Assembly: GCA_963806035.1 (NCBI GenBank)
Contig: CAWDWO010000039.1
Coordinates: 1 to 64,000, forward strand
Reading direction: 5' to 3'
Source: Candidatus Krumholzibacteriota bacterium
Lineage (GTDB): Bacteria > Krumholzibacteriota > Krumholzibacteriia > JAJRXK01
Length of the DNA stretch: 64,000 nt
Shown: positions 9,651-21,951 of the stretch, in pieces
Layout of the letters: each line of letters opens with the position of its first letter
How positions within the stretch are numbered: the first letter of the stretch is position 1
Made by a program: the position numbers and the translations under genes
The notes under the pieces: generated by a model
Told to the model about the DNA's origin: nothing
Database searches by the model: none
Seen by the model: the letters and a program-made list of their open reading frames with translations, nothing else

Positions 9651-10547
9651 ATGGGAATCGAAGCGACACGCGCATTCGAAGAGCATCGGAGCCTTCTTAC
9701 CGGCCTGGCCTACCGGATGCTCGGCTCAGTGGCCGATGCCGAGGATGTCGTGCAGGACACCTACCTGCGCTGGCACCGCACCGACCGCGATGCGGTGCAG
9801 AACCCGCGCGCGTTTCTTTCGACCGTGGTCACGCGTCTCTGCCTCGACCGCCTGAAGGAGGCGCGTCACCGCCGCGAGAGCTACGTGGGAACCTGGTTGC
9901 CCGAACCCCTGCTGGCCGAAAACTCGCAGCGGGAGACTCCGGCCGAAGAATTAGCGGTCGATGCCTCCGTTGCCCTGATGCTGGCGCTCGAACGGCTCTC
10001 CCCACTCGAGCGCGCGGCATTCCTGCTTCATGACGTCTTCGATATGAACTTCTCCGAAGTGGCGGCAAGCCTGGACCGTGATGAGGCCACCTGTCGAAAG
10101 CTGGCCAGCCGTGCGCGCATCCACGTGCGCGAGGCTCGGCCACGCTTCGAAGTGGACAGAGCCGAGAGCACGCGCGTCGCGGAAGCGTTCTTTGCCGCCG
10201 CCCGCAGCGGTGACAGCAGCCGGCTCCGGGAGCTCTTGACTGAGGATGCCGTGCTGAGCAGCGATGGGGGAGGGAAGAAGGCGGCCGTGCTGCGCCCCAT
10301 CGTGGGAGGCGAGAAAATCAACCGCTTCCTCACCGGACTGGCCAAGAAAATCGCTCATGCCATGCCGCGCTGGCGTCGAGCCATGCTCATCAATGGTTTA
10401 CCGGGGTGGGTTTCGGTCGAGCCGGACGGGACGCTCCAGACCACCGCGCTGGAGATCGCGGACGGCAAGGTGGCCGCGATCTACATCACTCGCAATCCGG
10501 ACAAGCTGCGGCACCTCGCCCGTTGGGTGCCGGAGGTGTTGTCATAG
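9651..10547 (+). CDS. sigJ: ECF sigma factor, ECF41/SigJ family with SnoaL-like C-terminal extension
   Basis: AYRMLGSVADAEDVVQD, YVGTWLPEP, SDGGGK and NPDKL motifs. Confidence 0.92.
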   Translation: MGIEATRAFEEHRSLLTGLAYRMLGSVADAEDVVQDTYLRWHRTDRDAVQNPRAFLSTVVTRLCLDRLKEARHRRESYVGTWLPEPLLAENSQRETPAEELAVDASVALMLALERLSPLERAAFLLHDVFDMNFSEVAASLDRDEATCRKLASRARIHVREARPRFEVDRAESTRVAEAFFAAARSGDSSRLRELLTEDAVLSSDGGGKKAAVLRPIVGGEKINRFLTGLAKKIAHAMPRWRRAMLINGLPGWVSVEPDGTLQTTALEIADGKVAAIYITRNPDKLRHLARWVPEVLS

Positions 10548-10590
10548 GCCCGGCCGCGAGGGACCGGGCCCATCACTTGGGAGCCTCGAC

Positions 10591-11439
10591 TCAGGGTTGT
10601 TCGACGAGGGTGAAGTCGTTGCCGCTGTTCTCGACGCCGGCCTGCACCATGATTCCCGTCTTCGTGGAATCCTGATAGCCCGTGGCGAAGGCGGTCACAT
10701 CCCAAGATCCCGCATGCAGTGGCCGCAGCATGTATGCGCCGCTCACCGCATCGACCTGGGTGATCGAAGTGTCAGCGAGGTCAGAAGAAACGGCCATTAC
10801 ATTGGCGCCGATGTCCAGCGGCAACACCGTGCCCGAGATGCTGCCGGCAATGCTGGATTCCATGATGGTGATGGTGGGCTTCAACTTCCAGTTCTCACTA
10901 CCCGGTGGTGTTTCGACGAGCGAACGGCACGCATCCCAATCGAGCGTGAGTTCGGTGAGCAGTCCGGAGTTGATGTGGAAGCCGTGGATCAGTTTCAGGC
11001 CTGACTGCATTCCACTGGGGACGGTCAGTCCCAGCGAATCGCCATTGACGACGATCCAGGCCTTCTCGAGCTTCAGGCGAACCTGCGAGTAGAAATCAGC
11101 GGGGAGGTCTTCCTCGCCCAGAGTCAACGACGCACCGCCCACGTAGTCGAGCAAGTCGATGGTACGCTGCTCCACGGTGAGCGTATCGGGCATGACCGAG
11201 AACCACTCACCGGTATCTCCGGTGTCCTCGGCACCGCGATGGACGGACACGTCGTTCAGCACCAGATAGAGGTGCTCGAGTCCGTCGATGCAGTTTGGAG
11301 CATCCACCAACTGCATCCGCAGGGTCCCCGTGCCGGTGTTAGGTTCATTGGAATCGCCGCAGCCGTTGATGCTCAAAAGAGCGAGCGCCAAAACGGCGAC
11401 GGCCACTAGGAAGAAGTTTCGGTGATTCGTTCGCAGCAT
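10591..11439 (-). CDS. DUF4382-like lipoprotein with C-terminal beta-sandwich domain
   Basis: Lipobox INGC; LVDAP, IDLLDY, YSQVRL, VPSGMQSGLKL, LTLDWDA, LKPTI. Confidence 0.8.
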   Translation of the reverse strand: MLRTNHRNFFLVAVAVLALALLSINGCGDSNEPNTGTGTLRMQLVDAPNCIDGLEHLYLVLNDVSVHRGAEDTGDTGEWFSVMPDTLTVEQRTIDLLDYVGGASLTLGEEDLPADFYSQVRLKLEKAWIVVNGDSLGLTVPSGMQSGLKLIHGFHINSGLLTELTLDWDACRSLVETPPGSENWKLKPTITIMESSIAGSISGTVLPLDIGANVMAVSSDLADTSITQVDAVSGAYMLRPLHAGSWDVTAFATGYQDSTKTGIMVQAGVENSGNDFTLVEQP

Positions 11440-11606
11440 GGTGAAATCCTTTGATGGTCCGATAGCGCAAGCTGAACGCAAAAAATCATCGAGCATGAAC
11501 CTTAATGATAACCGAGGCGGCGGGTGTCTGCTTGCGAACGCCACAAGAACCTCCGCAAGCTACTCCGATCAGGGGACTTACGGCCCACGCTCAAAGAGGC
11601 CGAGTT

Positions 11607-12263
11607 CTACTGAAATAGCGCCTTGATCGCACCCCAGGAGTTCGTGCTTGCGGCGACGGGCCGCGTCTGCCCCGTGACGCGCATGGTTGCCGCGCCGTAG
11701 GTGTTCGTGATCCAAGACCCTGGATTTCCCCAGAACTCGTGCCAGCCCGCGGTGAGTCCCGTGTAGCCGACAGTGTTTCGATTCCAGACCACCTGGGAGT
11801 CATTCGGTCCCGAGGCGGATACGATCACCCAGTACTGGGCGCCGTCGGTGAGTGTGAGGCTCGTGCCGTAGACGGTGATCGGCGCGCCAGCGCCCGGGTA
11901 GCTGGGCAGCGCCCCGCTGACGTGCCAGGTCTGAAGTACCGTTCCCGGCTCACCCGCGTTGTCGTCGGCCACGGAGATGTCGATCTCGTTGTCCCCATAG
12001 TCCAGGGTCAGCCCCAACTCGAACTTGTAGGAGTCGTAGCCGGTCCCGCTCACGGTGAAGGGCATGGCCACGTCCTGGTCGGAAGTTCCCAGTCCCAGAG
12101 ATTGATAATCGTTGATCCAGTGGACGAAGACACCCGTCGTCGAGTCGTAGGTGTCTCCCGTATCGAAGTCGTCGAAGAAAACGGTGGTCGCGCGAGCGAC
12201 AGAGGCGATCGATGACACGACCAGGGCGGCCACGATGGCGCGAGCCAGGGATCCAAAACGCAT
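11607..12263 (-). CDS. Secreted protein with C-terminal SWGAIKALF tag
   Basis: Signal peptide (VARA|TT); beta-rich domain (ADDNAGEPG, LTDGAQYWV); terminal motif. Confidence 0.8.
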   Translation of the reverse strand: MRFGSLARAIVAALVVSSIASVARATTVFFDDFDTGDTYDSTTGVFVHWINDYQSLGLGTSDQDVAMPFTVSGTGYDSYKFELGLTLDYGDNEIDISVADDNAGEPGTVLQTWHVSGALPSYPGAGAPITVYGTSLTLTDGAQYWVIVSASGPNDSQVVWNRNTVGYTGLTAGWHEFWGNPGSWITNTYGAATMRVTGQTRPVAASTNSWGAIKALFQ

Positions 12264-12361
12264 GAGAGAATCCAATCGATGACGGGGGAATCAGCGAGGA
12301 CCCGCAGTATAGCACAACTGTTCGGAAATTCTGGCCGCAATCGGGAAAGGTCGGGAGACCC

Positions 12362-15083
12362 TTACTCTTCCCTCTGCACCTTACGCTGCAGCTGCTCGAA
12401 CCAATTCGTGATGAGCACGATCTCGGACTTGGCCGCGAGATCTTGGTCCTCGGCGGAGACCGGCGGCACCATGACGATGGCGCGCTTCCCGTCGAGAGCC
12501 ACCATGGAAGTGCGCCAGTTGATGGAGCGAACGAAGGCATCTCGCTGCGTCAATTGGGGAACTTCAGCCTGGACGCCGCCACCGGTGTACACCAGAGGAA
12601 TGCGCAAGAAGCCACGGGCGTCGCGCGCGTAGAAGACCTTGTCCTCGGCTCCCCAATCGTTCGACTGGATCTGAGTTTTCGACTGGAGGATTTCCCAACG
12701 GCCCGCGGTCACTGGGAAATGGCGCAGGTAGATCTGCCACTCGTCCCCGCGGTTTTGCACGTAGGCCAGCCATTTCCCGTCGTGAGAGAACTGTCCGCCG
12801 AATTGTTGGTCGGGTCCGCCCGCGACGAGGACAGGTTCGGCGTCGAGGTTGGTGAGGTCGAGGAGATACTCGTCCCACTGCTCGCCGCCGTTCCAGAAGG
12901 TCATCAGTAGCCAGTGGCCGTCTGGCGAAACGGAATCGGCGAGGAGGGTGTTGCGTCGACGGAACAGATCGACTTCTTCGCCCGAGCCGTCAGCTGGCTT
13001 GCGATAGAGGACATACTCACCGTTCCGCGCCGGGCGAGAGTAGTAGTAGAACTTGCTGTCGGGCGACCAACAGCCGGCGATATCTCCCCCCGAGTCGAAG
13101 GTGAGTCGGTTCTCGACTCCGCTTTCCAGATCCACGATGTAGATCTCGCGCGCCGCGTCGGTTCCCCGCATCACCGCGACCGATTTCTGGTCGGGAGAAA
13201 TCGTGGGAGCCATCAAGTTCGCCAGGGTTCCGATGCGGCGGAGGTCTCCCGTCTGGAGATCGAACCAGGCGAGCTGGGAGCGTTGGTCGAGTTGGGCCGC
13301 GGTCTGGTAGACCAGGGTTCCGTTGGGAGCGAAGGCGAACTGGGCCGATCCATCGTCGGTTTCCTGATCGCCGATGGAAGTTCTCACGTTATCCAGCACC
13401 GGCGTGGCCAACCCCGAGGTCGTGCCCGACTTGGGGTCCATGGGAATGGCAAACACGGTGTTCTTCCGGGCGAAGAGCAGATAGCCATTCTCGACGTAAC
13501 GCGGGGATGCTCCGCCATGATAGACGGTGCGACGCTTCTTCGTCGTGAGGTCGACCAGGCCGATGTCGCTCTCGTCATAATTGCGCCCGAAGAACTGGCA
13601 CATGAAGAGCACCGAATGTCCATCCGGCATCGCGAAGGGCCAGCGGTGGGAACGCTCGGCACGAGTGCTATCGAGAGTGGTGAGAGACTGCGGAATTCCA
13701 TCGCTGAGGGAGACCACCGAGAGTCCCGAGCTGAAGTTGGGGGAGAAGACGATGTTGGATTCGTCCACCCAGGCAACTCCGCGGGAGTCCACCGCCTCGC
13801 AGATCTCCACGGGAGTGCCGCCGGTCACGCTGACGCGCTGCAGTTTGCCATCGGCGGTGAAGCCAAGCCATTCTCCATTGGGACTGAAGCACGCGATCTT
13901 CGCCGCGTGCGTTCCGTCCAGAGTGCGGCTCTGCAGTTTGTCCAAGCGACGCAGGTGGATCCGGTCGCCCGCGAGATAGGCAAGCTGATCGCCGCTAGGA
14001 GAGAGAAAGACGTTGGTCGCGACGTCCGTCTGCAGTTTTTCCTGCTGCTCGAGCTGGATCGAGAGCTGGAGCGAGGGGAGCGTCTGGCTTCCTTTGCCGG
14101 TGGGACGGAGCCAGGCGACCGCGGCCAGGAGAACGGCGATGGCAGCGATGCCCCAGGGCAAGATGGTCCTCGCGCGCGAACGCGGGGCTTCCATCATCAG
14201 CGAAGCTTGCGTCTCGAACAGCGCGGAGGGATCCTCCTTCCAGCGTTCCAAACGCACTCTGGCTTCGCCGATGTCGCGCAATCGCTTGCGGGGATCGCGT
14301 TCGAGGCAACGCTCGAGCAGGCGCCGCACCACGGCCGGAGTTTCCTCCGGCAGTTCATCGTAGGGTGGGTGGTCGCGCAACACCGCCGCCAGGGTGTCAC
14401 TCACCGTCTCGCCCACGAAGAGGCGGCCTCCGGTGAGCATCTCCCACAGAATCACGCCGAAGGACCAGAGGTCGGCGCGACGATCGACGCTCTTACCCTT
14501 GGCCTGCTCGGGACTCATGTAGGCGGCGGTTCCCAGAATGACTCCCTGCTGGGTCATGGCGGCGGTGATGGTGGGGGAGTTCTCCAGATTCTCCTCGTCA
14601 CCGGGCTCGCCGACATAGGCGCGGGCCAGACCGAAGTCGAGAATCTTCACCTTGCCGTCGCTGGCGAGTTTCACGTTGGCCGGTTTGAGATCGCGGTGCA
14701 CGATGCCCTTTTCGTGCGCTTCCTCCAGTCCTTCGGCGATCTGGCGCGCGATATCCAGCGCATCCTCGATGGGTAGCGGACCCTCTGGAGATGCGCTGCG
14801 AGAGGTCCTCACCTTCGGCGAGCTCCATCACCAGGAAGTTCTTTCCCTCCGATTCCTCCAGTCCGTAGATGGCGGCGATGTTGGGATGGTTGAGCGAGGC
14901 CAGGACCTTGGCTTCGCGCTTGAAGCGCGCCAGGCGCTCGGGATTGGTCGCCAAATCCAGGGGCAGAAACTTCAGCGCCACTTCACGATCCAGCTTGGTG
15001 TCCCGCGCGCGGAACACTTCGCCCATGCCGCCGCGACCGAGCAGTTCTTCGATTTCGTAGTGAGCGAAGGTCTTGCCGATCAA
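12362..15083 (-). CDS. Ser/Thr protein kinase with TM and TolB/PD40-like beta-propeller (one frameshift at ~14782)
   Basis: LGRGGMGEV, VALK, HRDLKPAN, DFGLA, YMSPEQ; repeated SPDG/SPNG blades. Removing one base restores RGPLPIED; ~906 aa joined. Confidence 0.88.
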
Positions 15084-15141
15084 GAGCACATTTCCCGGAT
15101 TAAGTTGGCAGTGAGGAGGTGTTGGCTCGCCAGATCCTATC

Positions 15142-17851
<2,710 letters not shown>

Positions 17852-18012
17852 GGGATCTTCTACTCGTGTGGTGAGGTGGGAGGTCTGTCTGTAGACTTTT
17901 TTCTTGGCTCCGCTCGTTTTGGAGCGAGCCGATATGCTACGCTATTCGCGCCCACCCGTCCATCTTCACAAGGGGAAGGGCACGGTCTCAAAACCCCAAG
18001 GAAGGTTGATTC

Positions 18013-18860
18013 ATGAAGAAGTATGCGCTGTTATTGCTATTGGCCTTCGGAGTGCTCGCCGCGAGCAGTCCGGCAATGGCAAATCATTACACGGAGTTCA
18101 CGCCCAATGCGGATTGCTCAGGTTGGTGTGTTTCGGGCACGGTCGATCTCGTGGGCGATCCTTATGCAGACATCACCTACACCGTCACCCTCAACGACGG
18201 CAATTCCGACGTCAAATCCTTCAGCGACACCATCCACATCACGCCCGAAAGCCTCAGCTTCAACGTGTGCTGCGGATTGGGGAATGGACCTCTGCGGTGA
18301 CTACACTGCCAGCGGTTCGTTCGTCCTGGTGGGCCCCAACGGTGGTGACACCAACGGTTTCCAGATCTCCTTCAGCTGTGACTGTCCTCCTCCGCCTCCG
18401 CCTCCGTCTGGAGACGCGTGCACTCGCACTCCCGGCTACTGGAAGAATCATGACTGGCCGGTCAGCAGTCTGACGGTGGGATGTGAGGAGTACACGATGG
18501 CTGAGGCCATGGACGTGCTGTGGATGCCCGTCCGAGGCGATGCCACGATCATTCTGTTCAAGCATCTCGTTGCGGCCAAACTGAACGTCCTCAGTGGATC
18601 CAGTACCTCCATCTCGGACGACATCGACGATGGCGACGACTTCCTGTGCGATCATCCTCTCTTCAGCAAGCCGACGGGTGAGTCTGAAGACGGAATGCAA
18701 CAACATCAAGGATGCTCTGGCGTACTACAACGAGAGTAATGATTGCGACGGCGGGGACTACACGAGCGGAGCGGTCTTGCCTCTCAGCTCGTCCAAGACT
18801 CCGGCGCAAGGGCAGTCCTGGGGCTCGGTGAAAGCCTCCTACCAGGACAACAACAAGTAA
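18013..18860 (+). CDS. Secreted Cys-rich protein with poly-Pro linker, TPGYWKNH motif and C-terminal SWGSVKASY tag (two frameshifts, ~18271 and ~18680)
   Basis: Three consecutive ORFs give signal peptide, CTRTPGYWKNH...LVAAKLN domain and tag; ~281 aa joined. Confidence 0.75.
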
Positions 18861-18893
18861 TCAGGCAGAACACTCGTAATTTTGCGTGAAGTG

Positions 18894-18930
18894 GGCTCGG
18901 GGAAACTTGGTTTCCCCGAGCCTTTTTTCT
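18894..18930 (+). terminator. Intrinsic terminator
   Basis: GGCTCGGGGAAAC-ttg-GTTTCCCCGAGCC followed by TTTTTT. Confidence 0.85.
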
Positions 18931-18986
18931 GGCGGATCGAGTCTCGTGTTGGAACGAGCTGGATCCTCCTGCTTGGAAGAGGTGTG

Positions 18987-19934
18987 CTACCTCTTCCAGG
19001 TGCCGTCGGCGTTCTTGAGGAAGCGGTAGAATTCTCCCTGGGTGGACAGCACGAGCAAACTCTGAGGATCGATGGTCTTTTCGTAGCTCTCCATGGTTTT
19101 CAAGAATGCGAAGAAGCTTCGTGTATCCGGAGAACGGTCGTAGGCCGCCGCGTAGATTGCGGTGGCCTTTGCGTCGGCCTTTCCCTTGATTTCCTGCGCT
19201 TTGCGGTAGGCCTCGGAGCGAATACGCAGAAGCTCGCGGTCCCTCTGACCTCGAATCTTGGACGCGTCGCCCTGTCCCTCACTGCGGAAGCGATCGGCGA
19301 TGCGGTTGCGCTCGGCGATCATGCGCTCATAGACCTTCTGCTGCACTTCTTCGACGTAGTTGATTCGCTTGAATTCGATGTCGAGAATTTCGATTCCCAG
19401 GTCTCCGGTGCGATCACGCGCGTTGCGCAAAACTTCCTCGCGCACCGAGTCGCGCCCGGCGGTGATGGGTTCGAGCTTGATCTCGTCTTCGGGGAGGGTA
19501 TCACCCAGTTCCGGCGTTCGGTTCGTGCTGCGCACCACCTCGACCAGGTCATACTTGGCGATGGCGTTGCGTGCCTCACCGTCGAGGATATCGTCCAGAC
19601 GAGTCTGGGCCCCGCGTTCGTCCCTGAGCCGCTGGAAATACAGCAGCGGATCGGTGATGCGCCAGCGGGCATAGGTGTCCACCCAGATGAAGCGCTTGTC
19701 CTTGGTGGGCAGTTGATTCGCGTCGCCGTCCCATTCCAAAAAGCGTTTCTCGAAACGGTGTACCTTCTGGATGAGGGGCAGCTTCAACTTCAGACCGGGT
19801 GTGTTGATGGGATCGCCCACTGGCTTTCCGAATTGGGTGATGATGACCTGCTCGTACTCCTTCACCACGTAGAAGGGGTTCAGAATCGAGAACAGAACGA
19901 CGACAGCAATCAGGATGGCGAGGATCTTCATCAC
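18987..19934 (-). CDS. hflC: FtsH protease modulator HflC
   Basis: IITQFGKP, TKDKRFIWVDTYARWRI, VYERMIAER, RSEG SPFH motifs. Confidence 0.95.
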   Translation of the reverse strand: MMKILAILIAVVVLFSILNPFYVVKEYEQVIITQFGKPVGDPINTPGLKLKLPLIQKVHRFEKRFLEWDGDANQLPTKDKRFIWVDTYARWRITDPLLYFQRLRDERGAQTRLDDILDGEARNAIAKYDLVEVVRSTNRTPELGDTLPEDEIKLEPITAGRDSVREEVLRNARDRTGDLGIEILDIEFKRINYVEEVQQKVYERMIAERNRIADRFRSEGQGDASKIRGQRDRELLRIRSEAYRKAQEIKGKADAKATAIYAAAYDRSPDTRSFFAFLKTMESYEKTIDPQSLLVLSTQGEFYRFLKNADGTWKR

Positions 19935-20929
19935 TGATCACCTCCCTTCGGAGCATCGAGTTGCTGCAGGTTGAGCAACGGCAGGATTCCCTTGACGCCG
20001 TCGTCCACCACCACTTTGCGTTCGACCTTGGGCAGCACCTTGGTCATCGTCTCCAGATAGAGGCGTTTGCGGGTGACCTCCGGCGCCTTGCGGTACTCGG
20101 TGTAGAGGGCGTCGAAACGGGCCGAGTCTCCCTGCGCGCGATTGACGCGATCCAGGGCGTAGCCCTCGGCCTCCTGAATGGTCTGCTGAGCTTCTCCCTG
20201 GGCCCGCGGGATGACCTTGTTGTACTCACTCTGCGCCTCGTTGATGAGCTTCTCCTTTTCCTGCTGGGCCTGGTTGACCGCGTTGAAGGAAGGTTTCACC
20301 GGATCGGGCGGATTGACATCTTGAAGTACGACCTGCTCGATCTTGATGCCGGTCTCGTAGCGTTCGCAGAGTTCCTGGAGACGGGTGTCCACCTCCAGCG
20401 CCACTTCTGCGCGGCCCACCGTGAGCACCTCGTTGACAGTGCGGTCGCCCACCACGCTGCGCATGACCGCCTCGCTCATGTCTCGCAGCGTGTCGTCCAC
20501 ATTGCGGACGCGAAACAGGTACTTATAGGGATCGACAATCCGGTACTGGATGACCCACTCGACGACGGCGGCGTTCAGATCGCCGGTGAGCATGTTCGAC
20601 TCGCCGCTCAACCCGCGCGTCGTGAACTGGCTGTTGACGCCGGCGCTCACCGTACGGAATCCGAACTCGGCCTTGAGCTGACGTTGGACCGGGACTTTCA
20701 GGGCGGTCTCCACCCCGAAGGGGATTTTCATGTGCAGGCCGGGATCGGCGGTGCGGACGTACTTGCCGAAGCGCAGCACCAGGGCGACCTCCTCGGGTTC
20801 GACGGTATAGAAGCTCGTCGAGAAGAGGATGAGGGCGAGTACGATGACCACGATGGAGCGGAACACGTTGCCGCCTATGGGATTTCTGTGCATTCGACTC
20901 TTGATTTCCTCAAAAACTTCATCACTCAT
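19931..20929 (-). CDS. hflK: FtsH protease modulator HflK
   Basis: VLRFGKY, MLTGDLN, LQDVNPPDPVK, YRKAPEVTRKRLYLETM. Confidence 0.95.
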   Translation of the reverse strand: MSDEVFEEIKSRMHRNPIGGNVFRSIVVIVLALILFSTSFYTVEPEEVALVLRFGKYVRTADPGLHMKIPFGVETALKVPVQRQLKAEFGFRTVSAGVNSQFTTRGLSGESNMLTGDLNAAVVEWVIQYRIVDPYKYLFRVRNVDDTLRDMSEAVMRSVVGDRTVNEVLTVGRAEVALEVDTRLQELCERYETGIKIEQVVLQDVNPPDPVKPSFNAVNQAQQEKEKLINEAQSEYNKVIPRAQGEAQQTIQEAEGYALDRVNRAQGDSARFDALYTEYRKAPEVTRKRLYLETMTKVLPKVERKVVVDDGVKGILPLLNLQQLDAPKGGDQ

Positions 20930-21113
20930 ACTGAGATCCTCCGAGGGCGATCGTGGGCTTGCGGAGCGGTTCCCGCGGTTGAGCTGGCAGGCGCGATTGG
21001 CAGTCTACATGCAGATGGCGGTCGAGAACACAGAAAGAGTGAAATAGGTCCCGTGCCCCGCATTGACTTGCGGAGCGGAATCTGGCAAATTTTGAGCGTC
21101 CTTCCCCCGTCAT

Positions 21114-21521
21114 GTGCAGCACGTACTCGTGGAACCTCGTCGCTCTGAGCATTCCTCCGTTCACCGGCCGCGTCGCGTACGCACGCTCGCAGCGGTCGTC
21201 GGCTCGCTCGACCCCACGCGCGCGATCGATCGGCATCAACTCGCCCGAGGCGATGCCGTTTTGGTCCAGACCCGAAATTCTCTCTATCGCCTCATGGCTC
21301 TGGACGACGGAAACTTCGTCGTCGAGGGCGGTTGGTTCTCGCGCGAGGGTGGGCCACCGCGCCGCGTCGGTGTGGCCGGATGCAGTTTCGGAGGGAGCGC
21401 CATCTGGAGTCAGGTGGTGGCGGCGCCGGGACTCTTTCTGGAATTCGGCAATGGAGTGAGGACCACTCGCATTCAACGCACCTGGATCGAACGCCTCGGA
21501 GTGCGTAGTTCGCTCAACTGA
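21114..21521 (+). CDS. Hypothetical protein (small, beta-rich)
   Basis: 135-aa ORF filling the gap between hflK and the globin; protein-like sequence (TRNSLYRL, GCSFGGSAI, PGLFLEFG); TTGACT upstream. Confidence 0.6.
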   Translation: MQHVLVEPRRSEHSSVHRPRRVRTLAAVVGSLDPTRAIDRHQLARGDAVLVQTRNSLYRLMALDDGNFVVEGGWFSREGGPPRRVGVAGCSFGGSAIWSQVVAAPGLFLEFGNGVRTTRIQRTWIERLGVRSSLN

Positions 21522-21533
21522 AATTCTGAAGTC

Positions 21534-21941
21534 TCAGATTCCCACGTGCCGGTCGTAACCCTTGAGCAGGGTATGCGAGGCCTTCTCCAGGGCCGCGCGC
21601 CACTCTCCCGCAAGTTCGTCATTCCAGTCGTCGCCCAAGAACTTCTTCAGGGTGGCGAGCATGGAGTCGCACCACAGCGGATAGAGGTCGGGCGGGATGT
21701 TCCAGCGGTGATGGCGGGTCCCCAGGTGGCGCATGTAGTGATCGATGGAGGCGTGGTCCTTGAGGTAGTGCTGCACGATGGTCGAAAGCGCCATGGTGAG
21801 CACCAGCTCCTGGCGCGCCATGTCGATTCCCTCGAAGAAGGGCACCACCGTCGGGTTGTTGAGCAGGAAGTACTCGTAGAAGGACTTCCCGAAGGGTTCC
21901 CGTGACTCCAGAATGAGTTCCAAGCTCTCAGCGATGTTCAT
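21534..21941 (-). CDS. Single-domain globin
   Basis: FYEYF, CD1 Phe in VPFFEGIDMARQ, HLGTRH proximal His, W..A H-helix; alternative GTG start at 21950. Confidence 0.85.
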   Translation of the reverse strand: MNIAESLELILESREPFGKSFYEYFLLNNPTVVPFFEGIDMARQELVLTMALSTIVQHYLKDHASIDHYMRHLGTRHHRWNIPPDLYPLWCDSMLATLKKFLGDDWNDELAGEWRAALEKASHTLLKGYDRHVGI

Positions 21942-21951
21942 GCTCCCCACC

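Noticed and set aside
12914..14776. 620-aa plus-strand ORF
   Set aside because: Antisense shadow of the kinase-propeller gene
18386..18408. CCTCCG tandem repeat as a contingency locus
   Set aside because: In-frame hexamer encoding a poly-Pro linker
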